This document shows, piece after piece, positions 1 to 11,685 of a stretch of DNA of 64,000 bases (position 1 is the first letter of the stretch; each line of letters opens with the position of its first letter). Origin of the DNA: Lama guanicoe. Lineage: Eukaryota. The stretch spans positions 707,988 to 771,987 of the forward strand of contig MU053588.1 in the NCBI GenBank assembly GCA_013239625.1, in the 5' to 3' direction. The notes below the pieces were generated by a model. It saw only the letters and a program-made list of their open reading frames with translations, made no database searches and was not told the DNA's origin. A program made the translations under genes and the position numbers.

Positions 1-394
1 CTCTGTTTCCTTCTATGCCCTGCTTTTCTCTGTGGCCAAGTACACGTGGCCTTTATCACATGTGGCCAAGGAGAGGCCAAGAATGTCCTTGAGAATAGGT
101 TATTGAATGTGGTTAATAATGAAAGAAAATGTCTCCTGAGAGCTGTTCCCACGAGGTGTGACCTGGTGTCTGGGAGACACCTTTACAGACCTGTACCTCT
201 GGCCTCTGTGGTCCTTACCCATCATGTGACACAGGTCGGGTCCCGTCACCAGTACAGTCCCGGTACCAAGCACAGGGGGCGTTTGGAGGGTAACACACCA
301 TGCTTGGTTCCACGGTTGCCACATAAGTGCTCAATCCGTGGTAGTCATGGCTTTGATTATTTTTACAGGGCTGCCTCTCAGGCTCAGACTCTGT

Positions 395-610
395 TAGTGT
401 AGCTCACAGTGAAGACATTTGATGAGGAACCGGGGTTCTAATATCCCCTCTGCCACTTACTGTCTACATTGGGCAAGTTACTTCGCCTCTTTGTACTTGA
501 CTTTGGTCATCTGTAAGTGGAGATGATAATACCTGCCTTTCGGTTCTGTGCTAAGGATGAAATGAGTTACTATTGGTATTGCACTTAAAATGCTGCACAG
601 CAAGTAGTGA
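395..610 (+). mobile_element. MIR SINE
   Basis: Degenerate MIR core (gggcaagttacttcgcctc...catctgtaagtggagatgataatacct). Confidence 0.8.
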
Positions 611-639
611 CATCAGGGGATGCCAGCTATTACTATTAC

Positions 640-930
640 GTACTGTATACCTTCTGCTTTCCATCCAGAGGTCTGTACGGTAGACTCAGGGGAACTCGAT
701 GTCAGGGGTGGCAGTGCCACCACCATTTCAGGAGAGCAGTGCCCTTCATTTGTAGTCACATCTCACCTTTTCCAAAGAACATCTTCCTACAGATACCTGG
801 GGGAAAAGATTACCTGTTTAGTCAGGAATGATAATTCCACCAGACTTCCCTTTAAGTCACTGTCTGTGTGAAGTCACATGACCACTCCTAACTGCAAGGA
901 AGGCTGGGAAATAGTTTCCTAATTATCTCT
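640..930 (-). mobile_element. MaLR MLT1-type LTR remnant
   Basis: gtcacatgaccactcctaactgcaaggaaggctgggaa, the reverse complement of a characteristic MLT1 5' motif. Confidence 0.6.
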
Positions 931-1444
931 CCCAGTAGAATACAAATAGCACAATCCCTTAGACATGCTCAGTAAATATTCACAAGCACATGAGTTCATT
1001 TACCAAGCTAGTTATCTTGAGGCATCCCAGCAGTTTACACATGTCCATGTTGTGGCCAATTTGCAGAAAGTGACCCATGGAATGTGGCTAAACAGCTGGC
1101 CCCCAAAGTAAAGTGCTTGAAGGAAGGTTGTGAGGGACACAGTTCTAAAGCCTCTTGAGTTATATCTATCTAATCAGGGAAATAATTATACCTCCTAGAT
1201 CAAAGTCGAGGGGCAGGCTCTGGGAACTGGGCCCAGAACAGCCAGAGAAAGCCTGCCGAACTGGTTTCTTGGGGCAGGTCTGTTTACCCGCTTGTCTGAT
1301 GCCTAGTGGACAATCCCATTGGCTCCCAGAGGCCTTCCAGGTCATCTCTCCCTAAAGCTAGGCCTCTCTTTGCAGATGACTGAGCCCCCTGGGGCCAGGG
1401 AGTGCCTACTGTGTGTCTGGTGCTGTCCGAGGTGCTGAAGATAA

Positions 1445-1565
1445 AATAATAGGTAGCATTTATTGGGTGCCCACATAGGCCAGACATTGCAGGTGCTTGG
1501 GTTAACTCATTTAATTTTCTCAGGTACCCCATGAGGTAGGTCTTGTGTTAAGCCCATTACAGAAG
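1445..1565 (-). mobile_element. MIR SINE
   Basis: gcatttattgggtgcc...aactcatttaatt...cccatgaggtagg. Confidence 0.7.
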
Positions 1566-1584
1566 TGTAAAAAATAAAGTTTGT

Positions 1585-1670
1585 GTTTTTTCAAATTGAG
1601 ATATAGTTGACATAACATTAGTTTCAGGTGTACAGTATAATGTTTTGATATTTGTATGTATTGCAGAAAA
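1585..1670 (-). mobile_element. L1 3' end fragment
   Basis: T-run then aattgagatatagttgacataacattagtttcaggtgtaca, an antisense L1 3' terminus. Confidence 0.7.
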
Positions 1671-1778
1671 TCCTAAATAAAATCTTAATTTAAAACCCTT
1701 ATTTTATATAATACCAAATATTTTTAAATTATGAATATTTATTATTGTAGAATAACAAGCTTATTTTGTTAGACTGAG

Positions 1779-2305
1779 TTTTTTTCTTCTTTTAATTGAA
1801 ATATAGTTGATTTACAATGTATTAGTTTCAGGTGTACAGCAGAGTGATTCAGTTATACATATACATTTTTTTTTCAGATTCTTTTCCATTATAGGTTACT
1901 ACAAGGTTATGGTTCCATATGCTATATTGTAGGTCCTTGTTGTTTATCTATTTTATATATAGTAGTTTGTCTATGTTAATCCCACACTCCTAGTTTATCC
2001 CTCCCCCAACCCCTTTGCTCTTTGGTAACCATAGTTTGTTTTCTATGTCTGTGAGTCTATTTCTGGTCTGTAAATAAATTCATTTGTATCATTTTTTATA
2101 TTACACATATAAATGATATCATGATATTTGTCTTTCTCTGTCTGACTTATTTCACTTAATATGATAATCTCTAGGTCCATTCATGTTACTGCAAATGGCA
2201 TTATTTCATTCTTTTTTATGGCCAAGTAATATTCCATTGTGTGTATATATATGTGTGTGTGTGTATAGATAGGTAGATAGATCACGTCTTCTTTATTTAT
2301 TCATC
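1779..2305 (-). mobile_element. 5'-truncated L1 (3' UTR) with TSD
   Basis: L1 3' UTR motifs (tctaggtccattcatgttactgcaaatggcattatttcattc); TTAGACTGA plus T-run at 1769 and again at 2306. Confidence 0.85.
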
Positions 2306-2324
2306 TTAGACTGATTTTTTTTTA

Positions 2325-3180
2325 AAAAAAGACTTTACCTTTTACAGTGGTTTTAGATTTATAGCAAAATTAAGGGGAAGGTACAGAAATTTCCTATGAA
2401 CCCCTACTTCACTCATGCAGAGCCTCCTCTGTTATCACCATCCCCCACCAGAGTGGTACATTTCTTATGATTGATGAACCTACATTGAAGTGTTGTTATC
2501 ACCTAAAGTTCATAGTTTACATTAGGGTTCATGCTTGGTTTTATCCTGGGTCTTTTGCCTCTCTATTTAAACTTTAGAATCAGTTTGTCAATACCTACAA
2601 AATAATTTCCTGAGACTGTGTAGAATCTATAGATCAAGTTGGGAAGAACTGATATCCTGAACACACTGAAGTGTACTATTTATGAACATGAACGATCTCC
2701 ATTTATTTAGCTCTTTGATATCTTTCATCAGAATTTTGTAGTTTTCCTCATATAGCTCTTGTACATATTTTGTTAGATCTTTACCTTGCCTAAGTATTTC
2801 ACTTTGTTGGGGGGTGCTAATGTAAATGAAAACTGTGTTTTTAATTTCAGATGCTGGTATAGAGAAAAGCGATTGACTTTTATATATTAACCTTGTGTCC
2901 TCCAACCTTGCTATAATCACTTAGTTCCAGGAGGGTTTTTTTTTTTTTTACCCGCCTCAGTTCTTGGGATTTTTGACATAAATGAACATGTCATCTTCAA
3001 AAAAAGGGGGCAATTTTATTTCTTCCTTCCCAATCTGTATTTCTTTAATTTCGTCTTACTGCATTAGCTAGGACTTCCAGTACAAGGTTGAAAAGCAGTG
3101 GTGAGAGGAAATAGCCTTACCTTGCTTCTGATCTTAATGGAAAAACTGAGTTTCTCACTATTAAGTATGGTGTTATAGAA
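2325..3180 (-). mobile_element. Old L1 (L1MC-like 3' UTR joined to ORF2 RT fragment)
   Basis: ORF 2627-2920(-) gives DLTKYVQELYEENYKILMKDIKELNKWR, typical of L1 ORF2; gctaggacttccagtacaaggttgaa motif. Confidence 0.85.
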
Positions 3181-3389
3181 TTGACTTTTCTCTCATTAGT
3201 TCCTCTAAGCCAAACCTTTGGAGGGTAGGATCCTTGCATCTACTTCCCTTTGCCGAATCCTGACCATCTAATCAGTTTTAAACACATGTCAATGAATGAG
3301 TGAATAAATGACTCATGTAGCACAATGAACAGCTAAACAGAACTTACTTGCAGTATCTTCTGAGCAGATGTCAAATCAGTTAGAGAGGC

Positions 3390-3600
3390 AGTGGAGGGAA
3401 GCGGTTGACAACAGAGTCTGGAGTGCCGGACTGGTGTTCTCAAGTCTGGCTCTGCTGCTTATTTGCTGGGTGACCTTGAACAAGGAACTGCACCTCTCAG
3501 GACCTCAGCTTTCTCTTTTGTGAAGTGGAGATAATGATAGAACCTCCCCTATGAGGTGGTTATGAGGATTAGATAAATTGGAATTTTAAAGTGGCACACA
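3390..3600 (+). mobile_element. MIR SINE
   Basis: gtgaccttgaacaag...cctcagctttctcttttgtgaagtggagataatgatag. Confidence 0.8.
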
Positions 3601-3989
3601 GGCACATGTGTGAGAGTTATCTACTGCTGTTAGGTGTTATGGGGTAGTTTTGACTGTGAAGAGTGAGTAAATCTTAGCTTCACATATATGGAGAGACAAA
3701 CTCAATTCCAGGAAAAATGAAGTTCACCCATGAGCCTGAAAACCAGTGACTTCAGCCAAAAATGGCTGCTTGGCACTGATGTGGAGTTACAAATCCGCAG
3801 CCCTGATTGATAAGCTTGCTAAGTACAGGTATGATTAGAGTTGGAATTTTTGGAGTTGTGAGGAATTATGTGTTCTTCATGGGAGAAGCTGGGAGAAAGA
3901 CACAGCCTGGCTGAATCTCCTGAGAACAGCCAGTCACTTTCCCAGACGGCCTGTTGTTTCAGTCTCCCTCTGTGCTGGATGGGGCTGGG

Positions 3990-4200
3990 CAGTGCTTAAC
4001 AGCCTGCACTGTATTCAGTCCTTGCTGAAGTGTGACCTGGGGCAGGTGACAGCCTTTCCAAGCTTCAGTGTCCATCTCTGCAAAATGAGGAAAAGAAAAA
4101 GATTACTACATCACAGGCCTGTTGAAGAGCTAGTAAAGTTTGACACATAGTAAGTGTGCATTAAATGTTAGCTGTGATACTGTTATTATAATTGTCATTA
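3990..4200 (+). mobile_element. MIR SINE
   Basis: gtgacctggggcaggtgac...cttcagtgtccatctctgcaaaatgagg. Confidence 0.7.
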
Positions 4201-4329
4201 TTACTCTTGTGCTTTAGGCTGCTGTGGAATGTGGCTGGTCTGCTGTTCCACAAAGATGTCTTAGACAGGCAACTCTGTAACAGCCCAGAGCGCGTGATCT
4301 TGGTGAACCCTCAAAAAGATAATACTTAT

Positions 4330-4870
4330 TTATTTCATTAAGTTGAATAGAAATATGCGCGCACACACACACACACACACGGTGTCCACTCTGTGTCAGG
4401 CACTGTTGTGGCCCCAGTTACACAGTGGACAAGGCAGACCCAGTCCCTGCCCTCCTGGTGTGCAAGGTCTGGAGGAGGAGGCAAACTGGAAATAAACCGT
4501 ATGTATCAGAGACGATCAGCAGTGCCACAAAGAAGCATAAGTGGGTTACTGTGAAGTGAGCACTGGTGAGAAGGGTACCTGAGAGAACGGGGTCAGTAAG
4601 GGGTCTTTTGATCTGAGACTAGAAGGATGAAAAGGCACCAACCGTGTAAAGAGGTGAGGAAGGAAGGTGCCTGGCAGAGAGAACAGCACGTGCAAAAGCC
4701 CTGAGGTAGGAACAAGCTTGACAAGCTAGAGGAAAGGAGGCTGGTATGGCTTGAGTTGGGTGAACAAGGGTGAGGATGTTTGAAAGGGATTTGTAAGCCC
4801 TGAGTTTGCTCCCTAAAGCTTCTGCTTTCTTCCATCTCTGGGGGAGTTTGAAGAGAAGGACTATGGGGAG
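4330..4870 (-). mobile_element. L2 LINE fragment
   Basis: ctgtgtcaggcactgtt...cagtccctgccctc...agcacgtgcaaaagccctgaggtaggaac. Confidence 0.75.
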
Positions 4871-5038
4871 CTGACTTTGGTACCTAGGAAGAGGCATCAG
4901 GGGGACCAAAGGCCTGGCCCCTGCTTCATTCTTACTGACCTTCTCAAAGGCCTTTACCCAGGGACTCCAGGCCACGAGGAAGAGACCCTTTGCCCCACGG
5001 CTGGGTTCTCTGACTTGCCAGCCAAGAATGTGGGTTGC

Positions 5039-5154
5039 TTTTTTTTTTTTTTTTTTTTTTTTTTTNNNNNNNNNNNNNNNNNNNNNNNNNNNNNNNNNNN
5101 NNNNNNNNNNNNNNNNNNNNNNNNNNNNNNNNNNNNNNNNNTTTTTTTTTTTTT
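5039..5154. other. Assembly gap (76 N, 5066-5141) inside a poly-T tract
   Basis: N run flanked by T homopolymers on both sides. Confidence 0.98.
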
Positions 5155-5364
5155 GTCCCAAAGATGGCCTAGCTGTGCTGTCATGCAAAGCAAAGCCTTG
5201 ATGCTCTGTACCCGAAGCCCACTTTCTTCTTCCCCGAAGTAGGACAGCTGCCTTGGAGAAATGCCAGGAAGCAGCCTGGCCAAACTGAGCCTGCATCTTG
5301 GGGATGTGGGGGATTCTCTGTGCGGAAAGTGAGAAAGATATTAAAGCCCCAGGTCTCAGTGAAA

Positions 5365-5545
5365 TAGAGCAGAGCAGCAGTCAGGCGCTTAGCTCTGGGT
5401 TTCAGCTCTGGCTTCCCCACCTACCAGGCATGTGACCTCGGGCAGATAACTTACCTGTGCCTGGCCTCCACTTTCTCATCTGTAGAATGGGGACAGTGGT
5501 TCCTATGCTTAGCACTAGCGCACACAGAAAGTGCTGCCTATTATT
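5365..5545 (+). mobile_element. MIR SINE
   Basis: tgtgacctcgggcagataactt...ctttctcatctgtagaatggggaca. Confidence 0.8.
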
Positions 5546-6039
5546 ATCCTCACGTTCTGCTTTAATGTCACAGTGAGGTAAGTTCCTCTTTCCTCTAGTT
5601 TCTTGTGAACAGTTAAAATGCCTTGGATTTACTCCTGTTTCTCCACATCAGTTTGGTTCTTGTCCAGATAGCTTGGCATCTGGCAGACAGCCAGACTTTG
5701 GGTGCAAAAGCACCCCTGCTCTGGGGGGCAGGTTACTCAATGCCGAAAAGCTGAGAGTTGATAGGATATTTGTCTCCAGAGGTCAGGGACTATGTGGAGT
5801 CTCTGCAGTGGTGACTGCTTCTGCCTGCCAGAGAGATGAGACTGCTTCCTTCAGGACATTGCTTCTGTGTTTGTCAACCCTGAAGTTGAATTGGTGTTGA
5901 ATTTGGTGGGGGGGAGGGGCACTGGACTGTTAAAACCTGCCCAGACCTCCCCACCCCACCACCTGCCTTCTTAATGTAAAGGACCTGAGGCCCAAGCATG
6001 GAACATTTTTTTCAAAGATCCTTGATGTGCCACCAGGAT

Positions 6040-6300
6040 TTCCAATCACTGAATGTAGCTGGGGAATCTTGTTAAAATGTGGATTCTGATTCATCAGGTC
6101 TGGAGGAGAGTGAGGGTCTGGGTTTCAAAGGAGGTGCCAGGAGCTACTGATCCCACTGCTTCCCAGACCACAACTTTGAGGATCAGTGGTCTAGAAACTG
6201 GCTTCACAGACTGCAGAATCTCAGACCCCCACATAAGTCCCAATCGGCATTTGTACCAAAGCCCTTGATGATTCAACATCCTTTAACATTTGAGAACCTA
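6040..6300. mobile_element. MER5-type hAT-Charlie MITEs (about 2 adjacent copies)
   Basis: ggggaatcttgttaaaatgtggattctgattc...gaccacaactttgag; second copy ends tttgagaacc. Confidence 0.7.
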
Positions 6301-6304
6301 GTCC

Positions 6305-6480
6305 CGGGGTTGCTCAGCCTCAACACTATTGACCTTTGGGGCCAGATCATTCTTTGTCATGGGGCTATCCCCTCGTGAGATGCCAGTTGTAGCCCCCCAC
6401 CCCTAGGCATGACATTTAAAAATGTCTGCAAAAATCCATGGGGTGGGGGTGACAAAGTTGCCGTCAGAAGCAAACCAGTG
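6305..6480. mobile_element. MER20 hAT-Charlie MITE
   Basis: ctcagcctcaacactattgacctttggggccagatcattctttgtc...gatgccagt...aaaatgtct. Confidence 0.75.
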
Positions 6481-7634
6481 GCCTAAAGCCCTCAAGCTTA
6501 ACCATGCCTGGGAATCTCCGGGCCAGCTGGGCACACAGATGTCCAGGCGCCACAGCAGAGGTCATGACTGCTTTAGTTCTGTTAGGGGTCAGAACTCATA
6601 CTGGGCACTCCTGTCCGAGATGCCTTCTTTAACTCCCACCACACTGCCTGCTGGGGTGGCACATCCAGTCTGTGTGTTGGTTTCCACCCCAAACCCCCCC
6701 CCTCCTGGTACAGGGGCTGGGGTCTGACGAGCCAGCCTTGGGGAGGACAGGCTTTGGGGTTCCCTGCTGTGTTTGTTGATGTTGCGTAGAGGGTGTCGGG
6801 TGGGCCCTCACCTGGTCTTTTGTTTGGCCTGGTTTACAGTCTGTTTGCATGAGTGGAGCTCACTTGTTTACTCAGGGTTTATATGGCAGGGCAGGGAGGC
6901 ACCGCCTCTCATGTGTGCCCTGCAAAGTTCTGGAGTGATGTCGGCTCCTGTTTCTGCCCTCCCTGCCCCTCCATTTTCCTGGTCGCTGAACCGCCCTTGG
7001 AATGTTTCTAAGTCATTTTATACCAAATCTTGATCTCTGCCACCAGATGGACTGGATCACCAGATGCCTGGGGGCAGGGATGGAGGCATCTTTTCTTTGG
7101 TCTCTTTTAATCCTGGCAGGTGGTATGTGCTCTTGTTAAAAAGATCCAAAGTCTGATTCACTCCGTCACTAAATGTTTTTGGGGGGCCCTCTTGCTTGTC
7201 AGGCACCGCCTTCGACACATAGGAGAAAGCAGCAAATGAGAGAGCTGGGGGAGTCTCTTCACCAAGGACCCTGGTCATGGGGTGAGCATTTATTAAACTC
7301 CAGCTTGTGCCAGGTCTAGTGGAATTTGGAACACTAGCCTTGCCTTCATGGGGCTGTCTGTTCTGGCTGGGGGTAGGGATGAAGAATAAACACACAAACC
7401 ACCAAACAAGCCAAATAATTACAAGAGGACTGTAATAACTGCTGTGTCACAGCTGGTCAGCGGGAGCCAAGAACCTGGCCCCGACTCTAGGCTCCTGTGC
7501 CCTTTGCCACCAGCAGGCCAGTGGGCTCCTTTGAGAGTGTTCGCTTGGTGGGTGACTGCAGGGTCTTAGAGGTCCAGGGGAGATCTCTGCCCACCCAGTG
7601 GGTGTGAATGTGTGTAACTGGGTCCCTCTTATAC

Positions 7635-7860
7635 TGCAGCAAACACTTGTATAGCTCCAAGCACCAGGCCGTATGCTAAGTGTTTGTAAATCCCCACAAC
7701 AATCCTATGACACTGGTACTGTATTATCCCCCTTTTCCAGGTGAGGGAACTGAGGCCCAGAGAGAGGAGGTAACTTGTCTGAGGTTCCACAGCTAGTAAG
7801 TGGCAAAGCTGGGATTTTTGAACCCGGGCCATCTGTTTTCAGAGTCCTCACTCTTAAGCA
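7635..7860 (-). mobile_element. MIR SINE
   Basis: ccaggtgagggaactgaggcccagagagagg...cacagctagtaagtggcaaagctgggatt. Confidence 0.85.
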
Positions 7861-8369
7861 CTCTGTGGACACAGAGGGAAGTTGGACAGGACCAAGACTA
7901 TTCACTGATTGATCTGTCTGGGGATGCGAGGAAGGCCCTGCCAGTGCAGAAGGGAGCAGTCCCAACTCCAAACCTCAGGAAAGAAACAGCTTGCCATGTC
8001 CCCAGGACAAAGGCCATGGAGGAAAAAACCTAAGGGCAGAGCTGGGGAGAGAGCAGTGTCACTGGCCAGTCACCACCATCCTGGGAAGCCCTGGCCTGGC
8101 TTCTGGACCCCTCCTGCACAGGAGTTCAGTGGGCTCGTTCCTGAGAAAGGGAACCATGCGGAGCTGCAGTTACCAGGGGGTGTGCAACTGCTGAGCCGTA
8201 TCTTGCCCTTGGAATTGGCCAGGGCTTCCTGTCACTGTGATGCCCTGTTACAGAGATGACGGTCCACCGGGTTTCTTAGAGCTAGAGACCGCTTTCTCTT
8301 AGGGCTTGCTGGGAACAGGGTGGAGATTTGGGACGTTTGGAGTTTGGGTGTGAGACTGTGGAGCCTTGC

Positions 8370-8830
8370 AGCTAATGGCTTTAGGGTCACACCGTAGGCA
8401 TCTGTGTCCTGGCTCTACCCTGTCCTAGCTGTGTGTCCTTGGGCAGGTGACTTCACTTCTCTGAGCTTCAGGCTCTGCTTTTTTAAACTGTGTACCTCAT
8501 TGAGGTGTGTGTATATGGAGGGTGAGGGTGGTAAGTCACTGAGGTCATCTTATGGAAAGTGTCTCGTCTGGAGCCTGGCACCCCACGAGTGCTCAGTGCG
8601 CAGGGAGATTATGTCGTGGGAGGCAGTGTTACTGAGTGGTTGAGGCAGGGCCTCTGGAACCACCACTCCCGGCTCCATGGCTTCGGGCCAGTGGCTTTAG
8701 CCTCCGTATGGCTGCATTTCCTCCTCCTAAAACCAGGGTAATGCTAGTCTCTACATAAGGGTGCTGCGAGCATTGGGTGAGTCAGGCCCTGTGAAGCAGT
8801 TAGCACAGGGCCTGGTGCTCACGGTCCGCC
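8370..8830 (+). mobile_element. Two tandem MIR SINEs
   Basis: gctgtgtgtccttgggcaggtgacttcacttctctgagcttcag; second copy ends ttagcacagggcctgg. Confidence 0.7.
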
Positions 8831-9234
8831 CTGTGACCATTAGCTGGCATGATTATAATTATCAATGAGGAATGTGGGTCTGAGGCCTAGCAACCAGCTG
8901 AGGAGAAAACTTGCACAGAATAATGTTATGAATGGGCTGGTTTTAGAAACTCCACTTTGGTCAGCCAGCTCCCCTCTGGGCATGAGAGATGGTAACCTGA
9001 GGCCCTGTTTGGTTGTGGCAGACTCTTTTCCTCCTTTCAGAGGACAGTTGGCCTCAGGGCTGAGTATATTGAGCTTTAAAAGGGGACGATGAGGGAGCCA
9101 GGGAGTGGAGGAGCCTGAGGTCAGCTGTGCGGAGCTGAGCCCAGGATCCCAGCTCCCAGCCACGGGACTTCCATCAATTCCCTCAGTATCAGTGTTCAGT
9201 CAGCACAGAGCTTGGCTGCTGGCTGTTCTGGGGG

Positions 9235-9480
9235 CAGCAGTGTAGTGAGGAGGTTAAGAGAGTAGATCCTGGGGTTAGTCCCCGGGATTTAGCCCTGGCT
9301 GTATCACGTCCATGCTGTGGGACCTTGATCAAGTGACTTCATCCCTCCTGAGCCTGTTTCCTCATCTGTGAAGTGAGGGTAAAGCTGCTTTACATGGGGC
9401 CGTGTAAGGATGTGAGTTCATCTTTATGAAGTCCTGAAAGCAGGACCCAGCAGGGAAGGGCCTTCATGCACACTAGCTTT
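9235..9480 (+). mobile_element. MIR SINE
   Basis: ggaccttgatcaagtgacttc...ctgagcctgtttcctcatctgtgaagtgagg. Confidence 0.8.
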
Positions 9481-9718
9481 GCTGTTACCACCATCATTAT
9501 CATCTTCCCATCCTGGAAGGCAGTGTAAGTGAAAAGCATGAACCATGCATCCATTCCAGTGGGGCAGAGCCCTAATGAGGGAGTTTGGGAGAGATCTCAG
9601 CCTCTGGAGGGATTGTTTAGAGCTAGCGTTCAAGCTTTTGTGTTTCTAGGATGTAAGCAGAGAGAGAGTGTGCAGGGGAAGGGGAGGGTAGGAGTGTGCT
9701 GACTAGGAATGATGTCTT

Positions 9719-9781
9719 TTTTTTTTTAAATTGAGTTATAGTCGGTTTACAATGTTGTTTCAATTTCCAGTGTAGAGCACA
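9719..9781 (-). mobile_element. Extremely 5'-truncated L1 (63 bp) with 14-bp TSD
   Basis: AGGAATGATGTCTT at 9705-9718 and 9782-9795 flanks poly-T plus aaattgagttatagtcggtttacaatgttg. Confidence 0.9.
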
Positions 9782-9804
9782 AGGAATGATGTCTTACTGC
9801 CACA

Positions 9805-10095
9805 GGGACAGGTTTCCCAAGGTCAGCTCATTCCACTAGATAATTTGAGGTGGTGTATGCATAAACACTTTAGGCATTTTAATAGTTGTACTTTTATTTT
9901 AATATGTAACCCGAAAAGAATTTCAATAGCACATCAAACATCAAACCCAGTATTTCATGGCTATTTCTGCTTTGGGTGAGGCTGATGGTGTGGTATGCAA
10001 GCCAAAATAAAAGTGAGTACAGTCAGAGAAAAGTGCAAAGGAAGTCCTAGAACAGGTGATCAGCAGGCATCGCAGAAACGGTGCCAGTGTGTGCA
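9805..10095. mobile_element. hAT-Charlie (Charlie4-like) fragment
   Basis: AT-rich segment beginning caggtttcccaagg, resembling Charlie4 subterminal sequence. Confidence 0.5.
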
Positions 10096-10342
10096 GATCC
10101 CGGCAGTCAGGACATGGGCACTAGGAGAAACGGGTCCGAGCTGGGTTTCAGTCTTGTATTTCAGCTGTGGAAAGGCTGCAGCTCCCTCAGGAGGTTGCTG
10201 AGCTGTTGGGCCCCCTTTGCCCCTCTCCTCCTTGGCTCTTTGATGCCGATGAAGGTGGGGTTGCAGCCACCTCGGAGCGAGGCGGCTGCATTTCCCTCTG
10301 TCAGAGGCGCAGGGCAGGTGCTGAAATGTACGAAGTGTTTGC

Positions 10343-10417
10343 AGCTGGCACGTCCTTGCTCTGCCATAGGATGTGAAAGCTGGCACGTCCTTGCTCTGCC
10401 ATAGGATGTGAAAGCTG
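10343..10417. repeat. Perfect 35-bp tandem duplication
   Basis: AGCTGGCACGTCCTTGCTCTGCCATAGGATGTGAA x2 followed by AGCTG. Confidence 0.97.
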
Positions 10418-10549
10418 CCGTGTGGCCTCGAGCAGCTAATTGTGATAATGGTGATAATCTTCATTATTAACATTAAGTGAGTGACAACAACATGCTAAGC
10501 ACTTTACATGCATGGTGGCATTGACCCATCACTCTGTGAGGTGATATGT

Positions 10550-11060
10550 TGGTTAGGATACGTCGGGCTGCAGGTAACAAGGTGAATCTTGGCTGAGCGG
10601 TGGAGATGAGTGATTCTCTTCCTGCAAAGTGTGGAGGATACAAGTGCCACAGTTGGTGCAGAGGCTCAGTGGCACCTTGAGAACTGGGTGCTTTCTGTCT
10701 TTCTGTTTCACAGCCCTCTGTGTACATGTGTTTCATGCTGATGTTGTATGGCCATGGGATGGCTACTGCCGCCTGATGGTCACATCCTCACTCAACAGTA
10801 TCCCAAGCAGGGAGAAAAGGTGGGGAGAAGGCTTTCTCTTCCTATGCCTTTCCTTCCTAAAAGGAGTATGTATATTGCCCATAAGCACCCCTACCCACAA
10901 CAGACTTCTCTGTATCTCTCATTAGTTATAAAGGAGCCAGTGGCTGCACCTAGCTGCAAGGGACACAAGGGACTCCGGGAAAGAGGATGTCTGTACAGTG
11001 GGAGGCAGCAGGAGAAATAGGGGTTGGGAATTACCGTAAGCCATACAACCAAGTGTCTGC
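10550..11060 (-). mobile_element. MLT1-type MaLR LTR inserted into a MIR
   Basis: gttaggatacgtcgggctgcaggtaacaa...cacctagctgcaaggga; MIR halves at about 10480-10550 and 11085-11180. Confidence 0.7.
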
Positions 11061-11685
11061 TGCGTACTTTTACTGCCTCCTCCAAAGATGAGAAAAATCA
11101 AGGACCAGAGAGATAAGGAGATGGCTCACCCGGGATCTCATAGAGCTTGTGGTGGTGGAGCAAGGACTTGAACTCACATCTTTCCTTCTGCAGAGCCTAC
11201 AGTCTTAACCCCTATGATACTGTCTTCCCAGCAGAGGACACCCCAATGGCCTTAGTGCAGGGTAATGAGTGGTGAACACCAAGTGCTGGGAGAATAGAGA
11301 AGAAAGAGAACTTCTGCTCCATATGGTCAGGGAGAGCAAGCTGGAAAGAAAGGAGAAGGGACTGGGCTGGCCTCTGAGAGGTGCGTTGGGGTTCTGCCAG
11401 GTGCGCAGGGATACGGCAGGAGAAGGGTGGGCCCCAGGCAGAGGACACAGCATGAACAAAAGTGGGGGATGGGATAGTGCACTGTGCGGAGGTTAATCAA
11501 GGCTCTTTTGGTCGTAAGATGAACTTGTCTTATATCACTGGGAAGTCTGGAGCAGGGAGCTTCAGACCTAGCCCAGTTAGGGGCCTTCGTCTCTTATTCT
11601 TGCTCTGCTTGGCTTCACTGTGCAGACAGGCTGGATCCAAGGGCAAATCTTCCCACTTTATCAACCCAGGGGAAACAGGATTCCT

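Noticed and set aside
2627..2920. Reverse-transcriptase-like ORF
   Set aside because: Decayed L1 ORF2 fragment with stops and frameshifts, not a gene.
4619..5296. Longest ORF (225 aa) and overlapping ORFs
   Set aside because: Kept open by the N gap and poly-T tract; the remainder is L2-derived and shows no recognisable domain.
10343..10417. CRISPR-like 35-bp direct repeats
   Set aside because: Only two abutting copies with no spacer, mammalian context and no cas genes.
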